Source: a virus
IMG/VR virus record: IMGVR_UViG_3300012039_000001
Length of the DNA stretch: 64,000 nt
Reading direction: 5' to 3' (one strand)
Positions 24,064 to 33,839 of this stretch are shown piece after piece (position 1 is the stretch's first letter; each line of letters opens with the position of its first letter). The notes beneath the pieces are model-generated. The model searched no databases. It saw nothing but the letters and a program-made list of their open reading frames with translations, and had not been told where the DNA came from. A program made the position numbers and the translations under genes.

Positions 24064-25590
24064 ATGAATCAGTTTCAAACAGATTTAGAGAACTATTTGT
24101 TAAGCGGACACATATTATTGCATGTAAATACATATGAAAAAGAAAGAGGCATTGAACAGATAGCTGAAGTGTGCAAAAATAATAGCAAAAAAATATATGT
24201 TTGGAATATAGCTAATGGTTGGGGAAATTCAAATAGCGAAGGCTCCCCAGAAGAAGCTATTAAAGAAGTAGTATCAATGGAGAAAGATTCAGTTTTTATC
24301 TTGAATAATTTCCATTACTATTTAAATCAACAAACATACAACAAGTTCGATATAGTGATCTCTTTAATAGAATGTATAAAAGGTTCTTTATATAAAGATA
24401 GTAAAACAATCATATTTTTATCTGGAGAATTTCAAATACCAGAAGTTTTAAGAAATGATGTCACAACTATAAATTTCCCATTACCGGACGAAGAACATAT
24501 AAAAGAAAGTATAAATAATGTTTGTAAGGGAATTACTCGTGAAGGTGAGCCTTTTAATCCAAATATGGATTTATTACCAGAAATAATAAATGCTTGTAGA
24601 GGCATGTGTTCTCATCAAATATCTGATAGAACGGCTCTGGCTATAAGGAAAAATAAGGATTTTAATAAAGAGGCGGTTAAGACCCTGTATCGGGAAAAAT
24701 CAAACGTAATAAAACTATCTGGTCTATTAAATTATATAGAACCAAAAAGTGGAGGACTAGAAAACATAGGTGGGTATGAGCCATTAAAAAGGCATATATT
24801 GCTAGATAAGCCCTGTTTTAGCAAAGAGGCTATAGAGTTTGGTATAAGTCCGCCAAAAGGATTATTGCTGGCAGGAATACCTGGTTGTGGAAAAACAGTT
24901 TTTTGCGAAGCAATAGCATCTGAATTTGGCTTAGCTCTATTGGAATTAAGTGTAGAAAATTTAATGGGTGGTATAGTCGGTGAAAGCGAGAAGAACACTA
25001 GAGAAGCTATAAAATTAATAGAAGCAATATCTCCAGTTGTTGTAAAAATTGACGAAGTAGAAAAGGCGTTTGGTGGAAAGGGGGATTTAGATGGTGGTAC
25101 GAGTAAAAGACTACTTGGCATGTTTTTAAAATGGTTAAATGATAGAAAATCACAAGTCTATGTTGTAATGACAGCCAATGATGTATCATCTCTTCCTCCA
25201 GAATTCACCAGAAAGGGAAGAATAGACGAGGTGTACGGTATGGGTCTCCCGAATAATGAAGAAAGAAAACAAATATTTAATATACATATATTAAATAAGA
25301 AAAGAGATCCAATCAATTTTGACTTAGACAAACTTTCTTTGTCGTGCGAAGGGTATACTGGGGCAGATATACAAACATCAATAGAAATGGGGCTTAAAAT
25401 AGCTTTTAGGTCAAAGCAAGAACTAAATGATAATTTCATATTGACTGGTTTAGATAGTATCAAGCCTCTTTCTAAAACACAACCTGAAAAAATAGAAGAA
25501 CTCAAGAAATGGATAGAAACTAGGGCGAAATTTGCTAATTCCCAAGAGACTACCATAAAAACACCATCAAGGAGAAATGTAAAAGTATGA
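24064..25590 (+). CDS. AAA+ ATPase (Ycf46-like architecture)
   Basis: Walker A 'GIPGCGKT', Walker B 'VVKIDEVEKAF' and 'MTANDVSSLPPEFTRKGRIDE' (sensor/Arg finger region). ~250-aa N-terminal domain followed by a classic-clade AAA module. ATG 24052 is an alternative start. Confidence 0.85.
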   Translation: MNQFQTDLENYLLSGHILLHVNTYEKERGIEQIAEVCKNNSKKIYVWNIANGWGNSNSEGSPEEAIKEVVSMEKDSVFILNNFHYYLNQQTYNKFDIVISLIECIKGSLYKDSKTIIFLSGEFQIPEVLRNDVTTINFPLPDEEHIKESINNVCKGITREGEPFNPNMDLLPEIINACRGMCSHQISDRTALAIRKNKDFNKEAVKTLYREKSNVIKLSGLLNYIEPKSGGLENIGGYEPLKRHILLDKPCFSKEAIEFGISPPKGLLLAGIPGCGKTVFCEAIASEFGLALLELSVENLMGGIVGESEKNTREAIKLIEAISPVVVKIDEVEKAFGGKGDLDGGTSKRLLGMFLKWLNDRKSQVYVVMTANDVSSLPPEFTRKGRIDEVYGMGLPNNEERKQIFNIHILNKKRDPINFDLDKLSLSCEGYTGADIQTSIEMGLKIAFRSKQELNDNFILTGLDSIKPLSKTQPEKIEELKKWIETRAKFANSQETTIKTPSRRNVKV

Positions 25591-25841
25591 GCAATAAAAA
25601 CAGAATTTTATTAAATGAAATTGATTTCTTTTTTGGCACACATTACAACATATCAAAATATCTGTCTAGATTCACAAGCTGGTGGAATAATATAGAATTT
25701 AACGATAAAGATACTATTTATATCACCCCAAAACGTGGCAAAAGAGACGAGCTTAATTTGCTTGGTCATGCTCTTGGGGCAGATGAAGTTGATTGGGTAA
25801 TTAGAGATAATAAAGAAGTATTAAGGGTTTGGTGGGATTAA
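25587..25841 (+). CDS. hypothetical protein
   Basis: 84-aa ORF with ATGA overlap to the AAA+ gene. Confidence 0.5.
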   Translation: MSNKNRILLNEIDFFFGTHYNISKYLSRFTSWWNNIEFNDKDTIYITPKRGKRDELNLLGHALGADEVDWVIRDNKEVLRVWWD

Positions 25842-25853
25842 AAGGATAAGATA

Positions 25854-26783
25854 ATGGAAAAAACAAATCTATTCGATTTAGGTTATTTAATGTCTTTAAG
25901 AGTAGGCTCATGGTCTGGTCGCCGAATGGTTTCAAAAGAAGATATGGAAGCTATGGGGGTAAATGTAGAAAACATTCCAGAAAATTTAGTGAATTATGGT
26001 CGTAAGTTATTAGTACCAAAAGAGACGCTAGATGTTTTACGTCGCATTGAACAACGTTCGAGAAAGTTTTTAAATAACTGGTCGAAAGATTTCGGCATTA
26101 CAAACACCCATTTCGTACCGGTAAAAAACTTAGAGAATATAGAAAATGAATTAGTGAAGATGAGAAAAGAGTTTTATTATGAAGTAGATGGATTCATAAA
26201 TAAGTTCGAATCTCTTAAAGAAGAGATGGAAAAACAATATCCAGAATTTTGGAATAAATGCCTTAAGGATTTATATCCTTCTCCAGAATCTCTGAGAGAA
26301 AGATTTCATTTTAACTGGTCTCTGTTCAAAATAGGAAGTTTATCGTATACAGATACGGAAAAAGAAATTGAGCTAAGACAAAAACTTCAAGAAGAAGTAA
26401 CTGTATTCGTTGGAGAGTATGTAGAAGGAATGCGGTCAGAAGTTCTTAAGTTCTGCGAACTAATAACTTGTAGAATTAATGAAACACCATTCGGAGATGA
26501 AGAAGAACCAAAGAAATTAACAAAAAAGACCCTTGGCGCTTTTAAGAAATGTATAGAAAAATTTAGGGTAATGAATATCTTTGAGGACACACAGATAGAA
26601 AAGTCTTTATTAGAATTCAAGCAACAATTCTTGGATATTGACATAGACTCAAAAGCCTGTCAAACAGAAGGATTCCAGAATTCAGTCAAATCAGCAATCG
26701 GAAAGATAACTAAGCAAGCTGCTATTAGTGGACAGGAATATGAATCATATGTAAATGAAGTAAAAAGGAAAATTGTTATATGA
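25854..26783 (+). CDS. hypothetical protein (DUF3150-like pattern)
   Basis: 'LRVGSWSGRRMVSKEDM...NLVNYGRKLLVPKETL' resembles the DUF3150 N-terminus from memory. 309 aa. Family assignment is tentative. Confidence 0.5.
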   Translation: MEKTNLFDLGYLMSLRVGSWSGRRMVSKEDMEAMGVNVENIPENLVNYGRKLLVPKETLDVLRRIEQRSRKFLNNWSKDFGITNTHFVPVKNLENIENELVKMRKEFYYEVDGFINKFESLKEEMEKQYPEFWNKCLKDLYPSPESLRERFHFNWSLFKIGSLSYTDTEKEIELRQKLQEEVTVFVGEYVEGMRSEVLKFCELITCRINETPFGDEEEPKKLTKKTLGAFKKCIEKFRVMNIFEDTQIEKSLLEFKQQFLDIDIDSKACQTEGFQNSVKSAIGKITKQAAISGQEYESYVNEVKRKIVI

Positions 26784-27049
26784 CAAATTCTTTATGGATT
26801 TATTTTAACGGAGATTATAGCTCAAATAGAGATAAAATAGAAAATTTTGTACAAAAATATTTTCCAAAAGTAGAGACAGAAGGTTCTGGTTGTGGATTCG
26901 GAAGCAACGATATCAGTTTCAAAGATTTAGATAAAAAATTAGCTTTATCAATAATAAATAAGATACGAAAAAGTAAAAGATTAATGAAGATAATAACTTC
27001 TTTTGATATATTTGATCATAATAGAAAAGAGTTTATTTATGAAAAGTAA
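26780..27049 (+). CDS. hypothetical protein
   Basis: 89-aa ORF overlapping the previous stop. Confidence 0.5.
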   Translation: MTNSLWIYFNGDYSSNRDKIENFVQKYFPKVETEGSGCGFGSNDISFKDLDKKLALSIINKIRKSKRLMKIITSFDIFDHNRKEFIYEK

Positions 27050-27129
27050 AATACCAAATAAGTTTCAATGATGGAGCCAGTTAGAGGTTATTTTGGTGCG
27101 GCTTTATTCGATCCAAATTGGAGATAAGA

Positions 27130-27558
27130 ATGAGTATGTATTGTTTAATAAAAACAGAATTTAGATCACAAGAAGCTTTATTATGCGCCCTAGTAGAAAC
27201 AAAAAATAGAAATGGTAAATTTTGGTCTCCTGGCCAGATAAAAATCTGTGAAGAACCACAACCTTTGGTTGGATACGAAGGTTCTTTTCGTAAAGAAAAG
27301 GCGCATATTATAATCCCAAGAACATTTGTTGGTGGTTCGGCAAATGATTTAGGCTTCATTCGCAATGAAGCTGGGGTTTATGAAGCTATTATATCAGAAT
27401 ACGATAAAAGTTTTTATAATGAGAGTTGGCTTTGCCAACTCAAACAAAACTATAGCTATCACGCTATAAAACTTCAGCAAGAACAAAAAGGAAGAAAAGT
27501 TACTAGAGAACGTTTAGACAATGGTAAACAAAGAGTAACTGTTTCAAACATTAGGTAA
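27130..27558 (+). CDS. DUF1257 (Ycf35-like) protein
   Basis: 'MSMYCLIKTEFRSQEALLCAL...VGYEG...AHIII...DLGF...YEAIISEYD' follows the DUF1257 pattern. GGAG at 27120-27123 precedes ATG 27130. Confidence 0.65.
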   Translation: MSMYCLIKTEFRSQEALLCALVETKNRNGKFWSPGQIKICEEPQPLVGYEGSFRKEKAHIIIPRTFVGGSANDLGFIRNEAGVYEAIISEYDKSFYNESWLCQLKQNYSYHAIKLQQEQKGRKVTRERLDNGKQRVTVSNIR

Positions 27559-27565
27559 TATAACT

Positions 27566-27814
27566 ATGATACTTGAAATTCAAGAAGATGGTAATGTAAA
27601 GTGTCTATATACCGATGAGATTGATCTATATAAAATTGGAGCAATAACAAATATCGAAAGAGCAAGTCACATAGTATTTTACGAAGATGACCAGTGCTGG
27701 GTTGTTGTTGACGCTGATACTCACGAAAAAGTATATAATAACAAGGTGAGAGAAAAATGCGTCATATGGGAAGTTGAGAATTTCGGGTGCGGTGGAAAAT
27801 ATTATAGGGGATAA
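27566..27814 (+). CDS. hypothetical protein
   Basis: 82-aa ORF, tightly packed. Confidence 0.5.
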   Translation: MILEIQEDGNVKCLYTDEIDLYKIGAITNIERASHIVFYEDDQCWVVVDADTHEKVYNNKVREKCVIWEVENFGCGGKYYRG

Positions 27815-27816
27815 AT

Positions 27817-28098
27817 ATGCCTTGTGGATATAATGAAGATCATACAAGTGATTATATAAGAGAAATAGATACTCTTACAAGATTATTGTGTTATGTATGT
27901 GGTAGATTTAAATCTCAGGAACAATTTAGAAAAGCTTTATCAGAAAATAAAGAATTAAAAGAGTGGTGGAAAAATCATCAAAAAGAAGATGAAGAAAGAG
28001 TCAAAAAGGAAGCTGAAGACAAAAAAATATCTTTTATAAGAGAAAAGGCGCTGAAAAAACTAACAGTCAAAGAAAGAAAAGCTTTATTAGGAAAATAA
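27817..28098 (+). CDS. hypothetical protein
   Basis: 93-aa ORF with a Lys/Glu-rich C-terminal helix. Confidence 0.5.
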   Translation: MPCGYNEDHTSDYIREIDTLTRLLCYVCGRFKSQEQFRKALSENKELKEWWKNHQKEDEERVKKEAEDKKISFIREKALKKLTVKERKALLGK

Positions 28099-28099
28099 T

Positions 28100-28375
28100 G
28101 TGGCAAAAAATAAAATATATGGAGTATTGAAAAATATTCATGGCGTTAGTCAGATTAAAGAAGCATTTTGGGACGAAGAATTAAAATGCTATAGTAGTAA
28201 AGATGGTCGTATTTTCGTAGAAGAAACTGGTCCACATTACCATTATGGTGGGATGCAAGCGTTTTGTTCTGAATCAATTCACGATGTTGAATTGTGGCAT
28301 GACACTAAAAGATGTACGATGAGGGTAGTAGAAAAATGGTTTGGTTTGAGAAAGGGTTTTCCAAATGTCTGCTAG
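28100..28375 (+). CDS. hypothetical protein
   Basis: GTG start at 28100, with no in-frame ATG near the 5' end. 91 aa. Confidence 0.45.
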   Translation: MAKNKIYGVLKNIHGVSQIKEAFWDEELKCYSSKDGRIFVEETGPHYHYGGMQAFCSESIHDVELWHDTKRCTMRVVEKWFGLRKGFPNVC

Positions 28376-28568
28376 AGATAAAAAAGTAATTATAAATATT
28401 GACGAATCTGGTAACGCCTCTATTGAAGGTCACGGGTTTGAAGGAGTTGAGTGTGAGAAGTTAATAAAAGAAATCAATTCGGCTTTAGGCGTTGAAGTGT
28501 CAACGCAAAAGAAGAGAGAATACAACCAAACGGTTTCTGTTAACAGAAACCAAAAAATTGGGAGATAA
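28365..28568 (+). CDS. DUF2997 protein
   Basis: 'KKVIINIDESGNASIEGHGFEGVECEKLIKEINSALG' matches the DUF2997 pattern (I.v.i..dG.v...v.G..G..C......le..lG). Confidence 0.65.
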   Translation: MSARDKKVIINIDESGNASIEGHGFEGVECEKLIKEINSALGVEVSTQKKREYNQTVSVNRNQKIGR

Positions 28569-28570
28569 AT

Positions 28571-28867
28571 ATGGAGATTACAAGAGAGTTTGCTTATAAA
28601 GTATGGGAAGTGCTAGTTAAAAATGCTAATGCGACAGGAAATGGAGATGGATTTGTCAGGGCTTTGATGGCTCACAATACAAAAAGACCATTCGAGTTTC
28701 GCTTTATCGGGAGTCTCGATTTTGGTGGCAAGGTGTGGCTTGATGATAATAAATTTTCTGTAAACTATTATCGTGAAGATTTTAGCGAGCTAAGAGAAGC
28801 TATAGTTAAAAAGACTAACGAAGAGCTAGATAAGCTAATGGAGGAAAATAATGTTAAAGCCCAATAA
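28571..28867 (+). CDS. hypothetical protein
   Basis: 98-aa ORF, tightly packed. Confidence 0.5.
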   Translation: MEITREFAYKVWEVLVKNANATGNGDGFVRALMAHNTKRPFEFRFIGSLDFGGKVWLDDNKFSVNYYREDFSELREAIVKKTNEELDKLMEENNVKAQ

Positions 28868-29225
28868 GAAAAGAATTAAATTGTGGTACGATGCGCTTAT
28901 GAGATCAAAAAAACAAACAACTGGTTGCCTTAAGGATAAGGATGGTAGATGTTGTCTTGGGGTTGCTTGTGATGTTTTTAAAAATAGTACAGGAAAAGGA
29001 AAATGGATTAAAGGTGGTCCAGACAATACGGAAAAAACCTATTTCAATATCGGAAAAGAAACAAGATCAACATCACTACCAAATAAAGTGGTAAAATGGT
29101 TCGGTCTTTCTGGTAATGATCCACTTATAACAACCATGAACGAATACGCTTCCTATCTTAACGATACAGAAGGTTTCTCTTTTAAACATATAGCAAAAAA
29201 GATCAAAGAAAGATTTCTAAATTAA
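28851..29225 (+). CDS. hypothetical protein, 'CCLGV' family, copy 1
   Basis: 'W.DAL.S..QTTGCLKDKDGRCCLGVACDVF' is shared with 33840..34262. Confidence 0.55.
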   Translation: MLKPNKKRIKLWYDALMRSKKQTTGCLKDKDGRCCLGVACDVFKNSTGKGKWIKGGPDNTEKTYFNIGKETRSTSLPNKVVKWFGLSGNDPLITTMNEYASYLNDTEGFSFKHIAKKIKERFLN

Positions 29226-29237
29226 TTGGAGAATAAA

Positions 29238-30281
29238 ATGGAGTATTGTTTTGATGACATCCTTCTTCTGCCCCGATATTCAGAACTAGAATCACGTAAA
29301 TCACCAAATATTTCAACTAAAATTGGGAATATAGAATTAGGTATACCACTGATCTCTAGTCCTATGGATACTATAACTGAACATGAAATGGCGGCAACAA
29401 TGCATAAGTCTGGCGGACTAGGTATTCTTACTAGATATGTTGGAAAAAATACATGGGATAGTGTTATATTACAGGAATATCAACTTAAAAAATCTATTAG
29501 TAAACATATATCTACTCCTCACAACACATTAAACATAGGAATAGCAATTGGGCTAAATGACCATCGCATAATAGAAAATCTAATTGGAATTCTTGATTTA
29601 AAGAAAAATCCAAATTATTCTATAGAATTTGTTGTGTGCATTGATGTTGCCCATGCAGACCATAAGAAGGTTCATCAGGTCATAAGAGAAATAAATAAGA
29701 TAAGAAAAGATAATAAATTCGTTTTAATGGTTGGCAATGTTTGTACATACAACGCTACTTTATCATTAGCTGATTTAGGAGTTGATGCTATTCGAGTTGG
29801 CATTGGAAGTGGGAGTATTTGTTCTACTAGATTGGTAACAGGATTTGGCCGTCCACAATTGTCTGCAATACAAGATTGTGCAAGAGTAAAGAAATTATAT
29901 CCAAATATAGCTATTATAAGTGACGGAGGCTGTAGGCGCACGGATCATGTTATAAAAGCTTTGTGGGCAGGGGCAGATGCGGTTATGTTAGGATATATGT
30001 TTGCTAATAGTTCCGCTTGCCCAAAAATTAATGGGGAAAGAATTTATAGAGGAATGAGCAGCCATGAAGCTTCGGGGAGAACAGACATAGCCTCAGAAGG
30101 GGTAAGAATACCAGTAAAAGATAAGGGTAATACTGGAGAGTTACTACAAAAATACATATCTGGAATTAAAGCTGGCTTAGCAATGGCCGGAGCAAGAAAC
30201 ATTGAAGAGTTAAGAAGATGTGAATTTGTTCATGTCTCTCCGTTGTCAATTAAAGAAACTAACCCATATTTAGAAGGATAA
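29238..30281 (+). CDS. GMP reductase / IMP dehydrogenase-family enzyme (no CBS insert)
   Basis: 'FDDILLLPR', 'PLISSPMDTIT', catalytic-Cys loop 'GIGSGSICSTR', 'ISDGGCR' and 'GADAVMLG'. The ~347-aa size fits GuaC, but I cannot separate GuaC from a CBS-less IMPDH by eye. Confidence 0.85.
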   Translation: MEYCFDDILLLPRYSELESRKSPNISTKIGNIELGIPLISSPMDTITEHEMAATMHKSGGLGILTRYVGKNTWDSVILQEYQLKKSISKHISTPHNTLNIGIAIGLNDHRIIENLIGILDLKKNPNYSIEFVVCIDVAHADHKKVHQVIREINKIRKDNKFVLMVGNVCTYNATLSLADLGVDAIRVGIGSGSICSTRLVTGFGRPQLSAIQDCARVKKLYPNIAIISDGGCRRTDHVIKALWAGADAVMLGYMFANSSACPKINGERIYRGMSSHEASGRTDIASEGVRIPVKDKGNTGELLQKYISGIKAGLAMAGARNIEELRRCEFVHVSPLSIKETNPYLEG

Positions 30282-30284
30282 ATC

Positions 30285-30710
30285 ATGGAACCATGCAATA
30301 ATTGTCCATTTAGTCCTAAATCTTTACCCTACGTTAATCCTGATGTTTTTCAAAATATGTTAAATGCAACATATCCAACTGAAGTCATTAGAAAACTTGG
30401 AATACCAAACGGTAAAAAACTAGGATTAAAATTGCCCTGTGAACATCCCGATGAGCCAAAAAAATGTCATGGTAACTTTAGATGCCACAAAGATAATGAC
30501 AAACCATGTAATGGATATTTATTGACACTGATGAAAAGCAGCATAATGAATGGATTCGAATTACCATTACATATTAAAAAACTAATAAAAGAGGATCAAT
30601 CTTCTTTTAAATCGTTTGAAGAAGCGGCTAAACATCATGAAAAAGATATTGATAGTAATATAGAGTTGGAATATGATAACGCTTTAATCCCTATGGAGAA
30701 AAATAAATGA
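30285..30710 (+). CDS. hypothetical Cys/His-rich protein
   Basis: N-terminal 'CNNCPF' and 'CEHPDEPKKCHGNFRCH...PCNGY'. 141 aa. Confidence 0.5.
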   Translation: MEPCNNCPFSPKSLPYVNPDVFQNMLNATYPTEVIRKLGIPNGKKLGLKLPCEHPDEPKKCHGNFRCHKDNDKPCNGYLLTLMKSSIMNGFELPLHIKKLIKEDQSSFKSFEEAAKHHEKDIDSNIELEYDNALIPMEKNK

Positions 30711-30883
30711 TAAAACTATTTTTTAAGCAAAATTGCAAATGTGATCCTATATTAGACGATGGGATAATATGTCTTAAGAGACATGATGATATTATAGATA
30801 TATTAAATAGTGGTTGGCCAATCTGTTCCGAATGTGACCTTGAATTAGAATTCATTAAAGGAGAAGGAAATTGTCTACAATAA
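30707..30883 (+). CDS. small Cys-containing protein (58 aa, below ORF-track cutoff)
   Basis: ATG 30707 overlaps the previous stop (TAAATGA). Translation is MIKLFFKQNCKCDP...WPICSECDLELEF..., giving a CxC ... CxxC pattern. Confidence 0.35.
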   Translation: MIKLFFKQNCKCDPILDDGIICLKRHDDIIDILNSGWPICSECDLELEFIKGEGNCLQ

Positions 30884-31257
30884 AACCTCCCCAAATAGAA
30901 CCAGCAATTAAAACATTGATGATGCCATGTGATACAAACATAGAAGGAACTATTTTTGGCGGATTCATTCTGTCTTTAATGGACAAAGCAGCTTATATAG
31001 AGGCAATGAGACAAGCACAGAATAGATATGTAACAGTTTGTTTCAAAGAAGTTCAATTCCATAAGCCAATACATGTGGGAGACATAGTTAGTATTTACGC
31101 CAATACAACTAAAATAGGCAACACATCTATTACTATTCATCTTACGGTCTTCTCGCAAAGAAGAGATAATACTTATGAACAAATAAAAGTTACAGAAGGG
31201 GAAATAGTATTCGTAGCTATAAATGAGAAAGGGGAAAAGGTAAATATTTATGAGTAA
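30871..31257 (+). CDS. hotdog-fold acyl-CoA thioesterase (YciA-like)
   Basis: 'MPCDTNIEGTIFGGFILSLMDKAAYIEA' matches the YciA/acyl-CoA hydrolase N-terminal pattern. TTG start at 30871 follows AGGAGAAGG; ATG 30919 is an alternative. Confidence 0.7.
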   Translation: MSTIKPPQIEPAIKTLMMPCDTNIEGTIFGGFILSLMDKAAYIEAMRQAQNRYVTVCFKEVQFHKPIHVGDIVSIYANTTKIGNTSITIHLTVFSQRRDNTYEQIKVTEGEIVFVAINEKGEKVNIYE

Positions 31258-31696
31258 ATTAAAAGACAAAACAGGATACGGTGCAGACAATTACAAACAA
31301 ATAGTGGAAATATTAGAGGAAGCGGAAAAAGTAAGAAAAGATGAACGAAATCAAGAATTATTAATGAGCTACTGTTTAAGTGATTTGTACCCTCTAGAAG
31401 AAAGATTTGATATTTGGAAGAGATTCTGTAATAAAGTAGAAAGTGCCTGGGTTATACATAAAGGTGATTTTGGGATCATAGGTGAAATGGTAGATAATTG
31501 TTTTCCTTATGATTATGATAAATACAGAGAATATGATTTTGAATGCTTTTTAGACTGGATAGAAGAGGCTAATAAAGACGTAGAAGATTTTACTTACGGT
31601 TGGCCCAGTATAATGAAGATAGATTTGCCTACGGTAGATCAATTTAAAGAAATGTTGATGAAGGTTAATTTTGGTAGTTTTGTTATGGATTGGTAG
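31250..31696 (+). CDS. hypothetical protein
   Basis: 148-aa ORF overlapping the previous stop. Confidence 0.55.
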   Translation: MSKLKDKTGYGADNYKQIVEILEEAEKVRKDERNQELLMSYCLSDLYPLEERFDIWKRFCNKVESAWVIHKGDFGIIGEMVDNCFPYDYDKYREYDFECFLDWIEEANKDVEDFTYGWPSIMKIDLPTVDQFKEMLMKVNFGSFVMDW

Positions 31697-31711
31697 ACTT
31701 AGGAGAAAATA

Positions 31712-32245
31712 ATGTCAAAACCGCTTATACATGCACAATCATCAGTAAAAAAGTTTGGGGGCGAGATAAAAGACTATATAGAGATTCATAACTTAATGGA
31801 CTCTAGTAAAGGAGCAATAGCAGACTCACGCCACAGATGCCTCACGCATACAAGTTGGTTCCTTTCTGTTATCTTAGAAAGAATATTTGGTGTTTTTATA
31901 GTTAACAGCGAAGGAAGGCAAGTATCGGTTAGAGATATTGGAGAGCAACACATACTAGAAGATTTTAGAGGAAAATTCATTCCGACAGCACAAGATTATC
32001 TCCAAGAAATGGAGATTAGAGACTGGATGAATAATGGTAACGGAACACCCCCTTCCTCCGAGAGGCTGTATAGACATAAAAGAAAAGAAACAGAAGAACT
32101 ACCAGTAGTTCCTGACAATACTCTTCCTGCTCCTCCTCCTTGGGAATTACCAAAAAAAGAAGGACCATTATATCCCTGGGAACAACCTTTCCCACAAAAA
32201 CGTGATCCTCATTGGCCACATAATAGACCGTACATTATAGATTAA
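31712..32245 (+). CDS. hypothetical protein with Pro-rich C-terminus
   Basis: 177 aa. 'HAQSSVKKFGG...YIEIHNLMDSSK...HRCLTHTSW' is a conserved-looking N-terminal domain. The family could not be named with confidence. Confidence 0.55.
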   Translation: MSKPLIHAQSSVKKFGGEIKDYIEIHNLMDSSKGAIADSRHRCLTHTSWFLSVILERIFGVFIVNSEGRQVSVRDIGEQHILEDFRGKFIPTAQDYLQEMEIRDWMNNGNGTPPSSERLYRHKRKETEELPVVPDNTLPAPPPWELPKKEGPLYPWEQPFPQKRDPHWPHNRPYIID

Positions 32246-32260
32246 AAGAAAGGAAAATTT

Positions 32261-32653
32261 ATGACGAATTCACAGAAGTTTAGAGATGCAAAAGAAAAAG
32301 TAAATGCAGCAAGAAAAGAAGCTAAGTTAGTAATGAAACAAGCTTTTAAAGAAATAACCGATCAACTATTCATAGAAAATCCATTGTTAACTCAATTTTC
32401 TTTCACTTGTTACACGCCGTATTTTAATGACGGGGACACTTGCACATATAGAGTGGGGGTAGATTATCCTGGTATAAATGAAGAAGATGAAGAAATTTGG
32501 GGTAAAGATAATCCTCTATATATGGTAAGCGAAAAAGTTAAAGATTGTTTAAATAACTTTGATGAAGAAGATTATATGGAAATGTTCGGTGATCATTGTA
32601 AAGTTATAGTGAAAAAAGATAGTGTAGAAGTAGAGGAATATCAACATGACTAG
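32261..32653 (+). CDS. hypothetical protein
   Basis: 130-aa ORF, tightly packed. Confidence 0.55.
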   Translation: MTNSQKFRDAKEKVNAARKEAKLVMKQAFKEITDQLFIENPLLTQFSFTCYTPYFNDGDTCTYRVGVDYPGINEEDEEIWGKDNPLYMVSEKVKDCLNNFDEEDYMEMFGDHCKVIVKKDSVEVEEYQHD

Positions 32654-32855
32654 AATGACGCCAGAAGAATATAACAAGAAACATAAGGAACTTTTAGACA
32701 AAATTCCAGAGGAGTTCAGAGGTTGGCTTTCTTGGTATTCTTATGATAAGGGGCATTCTGCCGGATATGAAGAAGTTCTTTTAGTGTTAGATGATATGGT
32801 CAGAGGCTTTTTGGAACCACTAAATAATTATAAAAAAGCACATGGAATAAAATAA
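32646..32855 (+). CDS. hypothetical protein
   Basis: 69-aa ORF overlapping the previous stop. Confidence 0.5.
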   Translation: MTRMTPEEYNKKHKELLDKIPEEFRGWLSWYSYDKGHSAGYEEVLLVLDDMVRGFLEPLNNYKKAHGIK

Positions 32856-32856
32856 T

Positions 32857-33288
32857 ATGCTAGAAATTTTAAAATACCCAAATGATCTTCTTAAAAAGAT
32901 TTGTGAACCAGTTACCAATTTTGATCAAGAGCTAGAAGACTTAATTGTTCAATTAATGGAGACTTGTAGTCATCATAACGGACTAGGACTTGCGGCTCCG
33001 CAGGTTGGCATTCTTAAACAAATCTTCATAGCAAGACCCAATATAAAGAAAGATTTTGAAATTTATATAAACCCAATTTTTACAAAAGCATCGAAAAATT
33101 TAGTAAAATCTTACGAAAGTTGCCTATCTATTCCAGGATTTATCCGTGAAGTGGAGAGGCATAAAAAAGTTAAGATTAAATTCCAAAATATGCAAGGCAA
33201 TATACTTTGGAGAGAGGGAGAGGGTTTACTTGCAACAGTGCTTCAGCACGAAGAAAATCATCTCAGAGGAATTCTAATTAATGACTAG
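32857..33288 (+). CDS. def: peptide deformylase
   Basis: All three PDF motifs are present: 'GLGLAAPQVG', 'ESCLSIPG' and 'QHEENHL' (HExxH). Confidence 0.9.
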   Translation: MLEILKYPNDLLKKICEPVTNFDQELEDLIVQLMETCSHHNGLGLAAPQVGILKQIFIARPNIKKDFEIYINPIFTKASKNLVKSYESCLSIPGFIREVERHKKVKIKFQNMQGNILWREGEGLLATVLQHEENHLRGILIND

Positions 33289-33296
33289 GAGATATT

Positions 33297-33839
33297 ATGA
33301 AAGAGATTAGAAATAAATGGTTTCTATTTAAAGATTCCTATAGAAATTTTATTTGGGCCACAAAAACCCATATAAGGTTCTGGCTACTAGAAAACCTATA
33401 CATGAACGAACCAATAGAAGTTTATGATTGGCACGATCACTCAGCTAGACCCGAAGGTTGTGGTTATTTAGATATCAGAATCAAATTACCCAGCCTTATC
33501 CCGTTTGGAAGATGGTATCAAAGATGGATATTCACGGTGGAGAGTTTAAATATAGTTATAGAAGATCAGTCTCCTTCTAATTTGTATACATTAATTTTTC
33601 ATCATAAAAGAGAGTGGCAATCAAATAAAGAATTTATGAAGTGCTGGGACGAAAGAATTGCTGGTTTCGTAAGAAAAAATAAGAAAAAGATTTTTAAGAA
33701 GCCTATAGTTGAATTCGATCATGTCTATACAGGAGAAGAAGGATTTAAAGAGAAAGATGTTGTCAAATATACCAAAGTATGGTTGTCAAAATTCTATCCC
33801 AATTTAGCGAAAAGAAAAATAATTTTTAAGGAATCATAA
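33297..33839 (+). CDS. hypothetical protein
   Basis: 180-aa ORF. The next start abuts its stop. Confidence 0.55.
   Translation: MKEIRNKWFLFKDSYRNFIWATKTHIRFWLLENLYMNEPIEVYDWHDHSARPEGCGYLDIRIKLPSLIPFGRWYQRWIFTVESLNIVIEDQSPSNLYTLIFHHKREWQSNKEFMKCWDERIAGFVRKNKKKIFKKPIVEFDHVYTGEEGFKEKDVVKYTKVWLSKFYPNLAKRKIIFKES

Noticed and set aside
24732-25556. Three minus-strand ORFs (24732..25121, 25007..25189, 25158..25556) antisense to the AAA+ ATPase
   Set aside because: The + strand frame carries unambiguous Walker A/B and AAA motifs. The antisense translations have no motifs and skewed composition.
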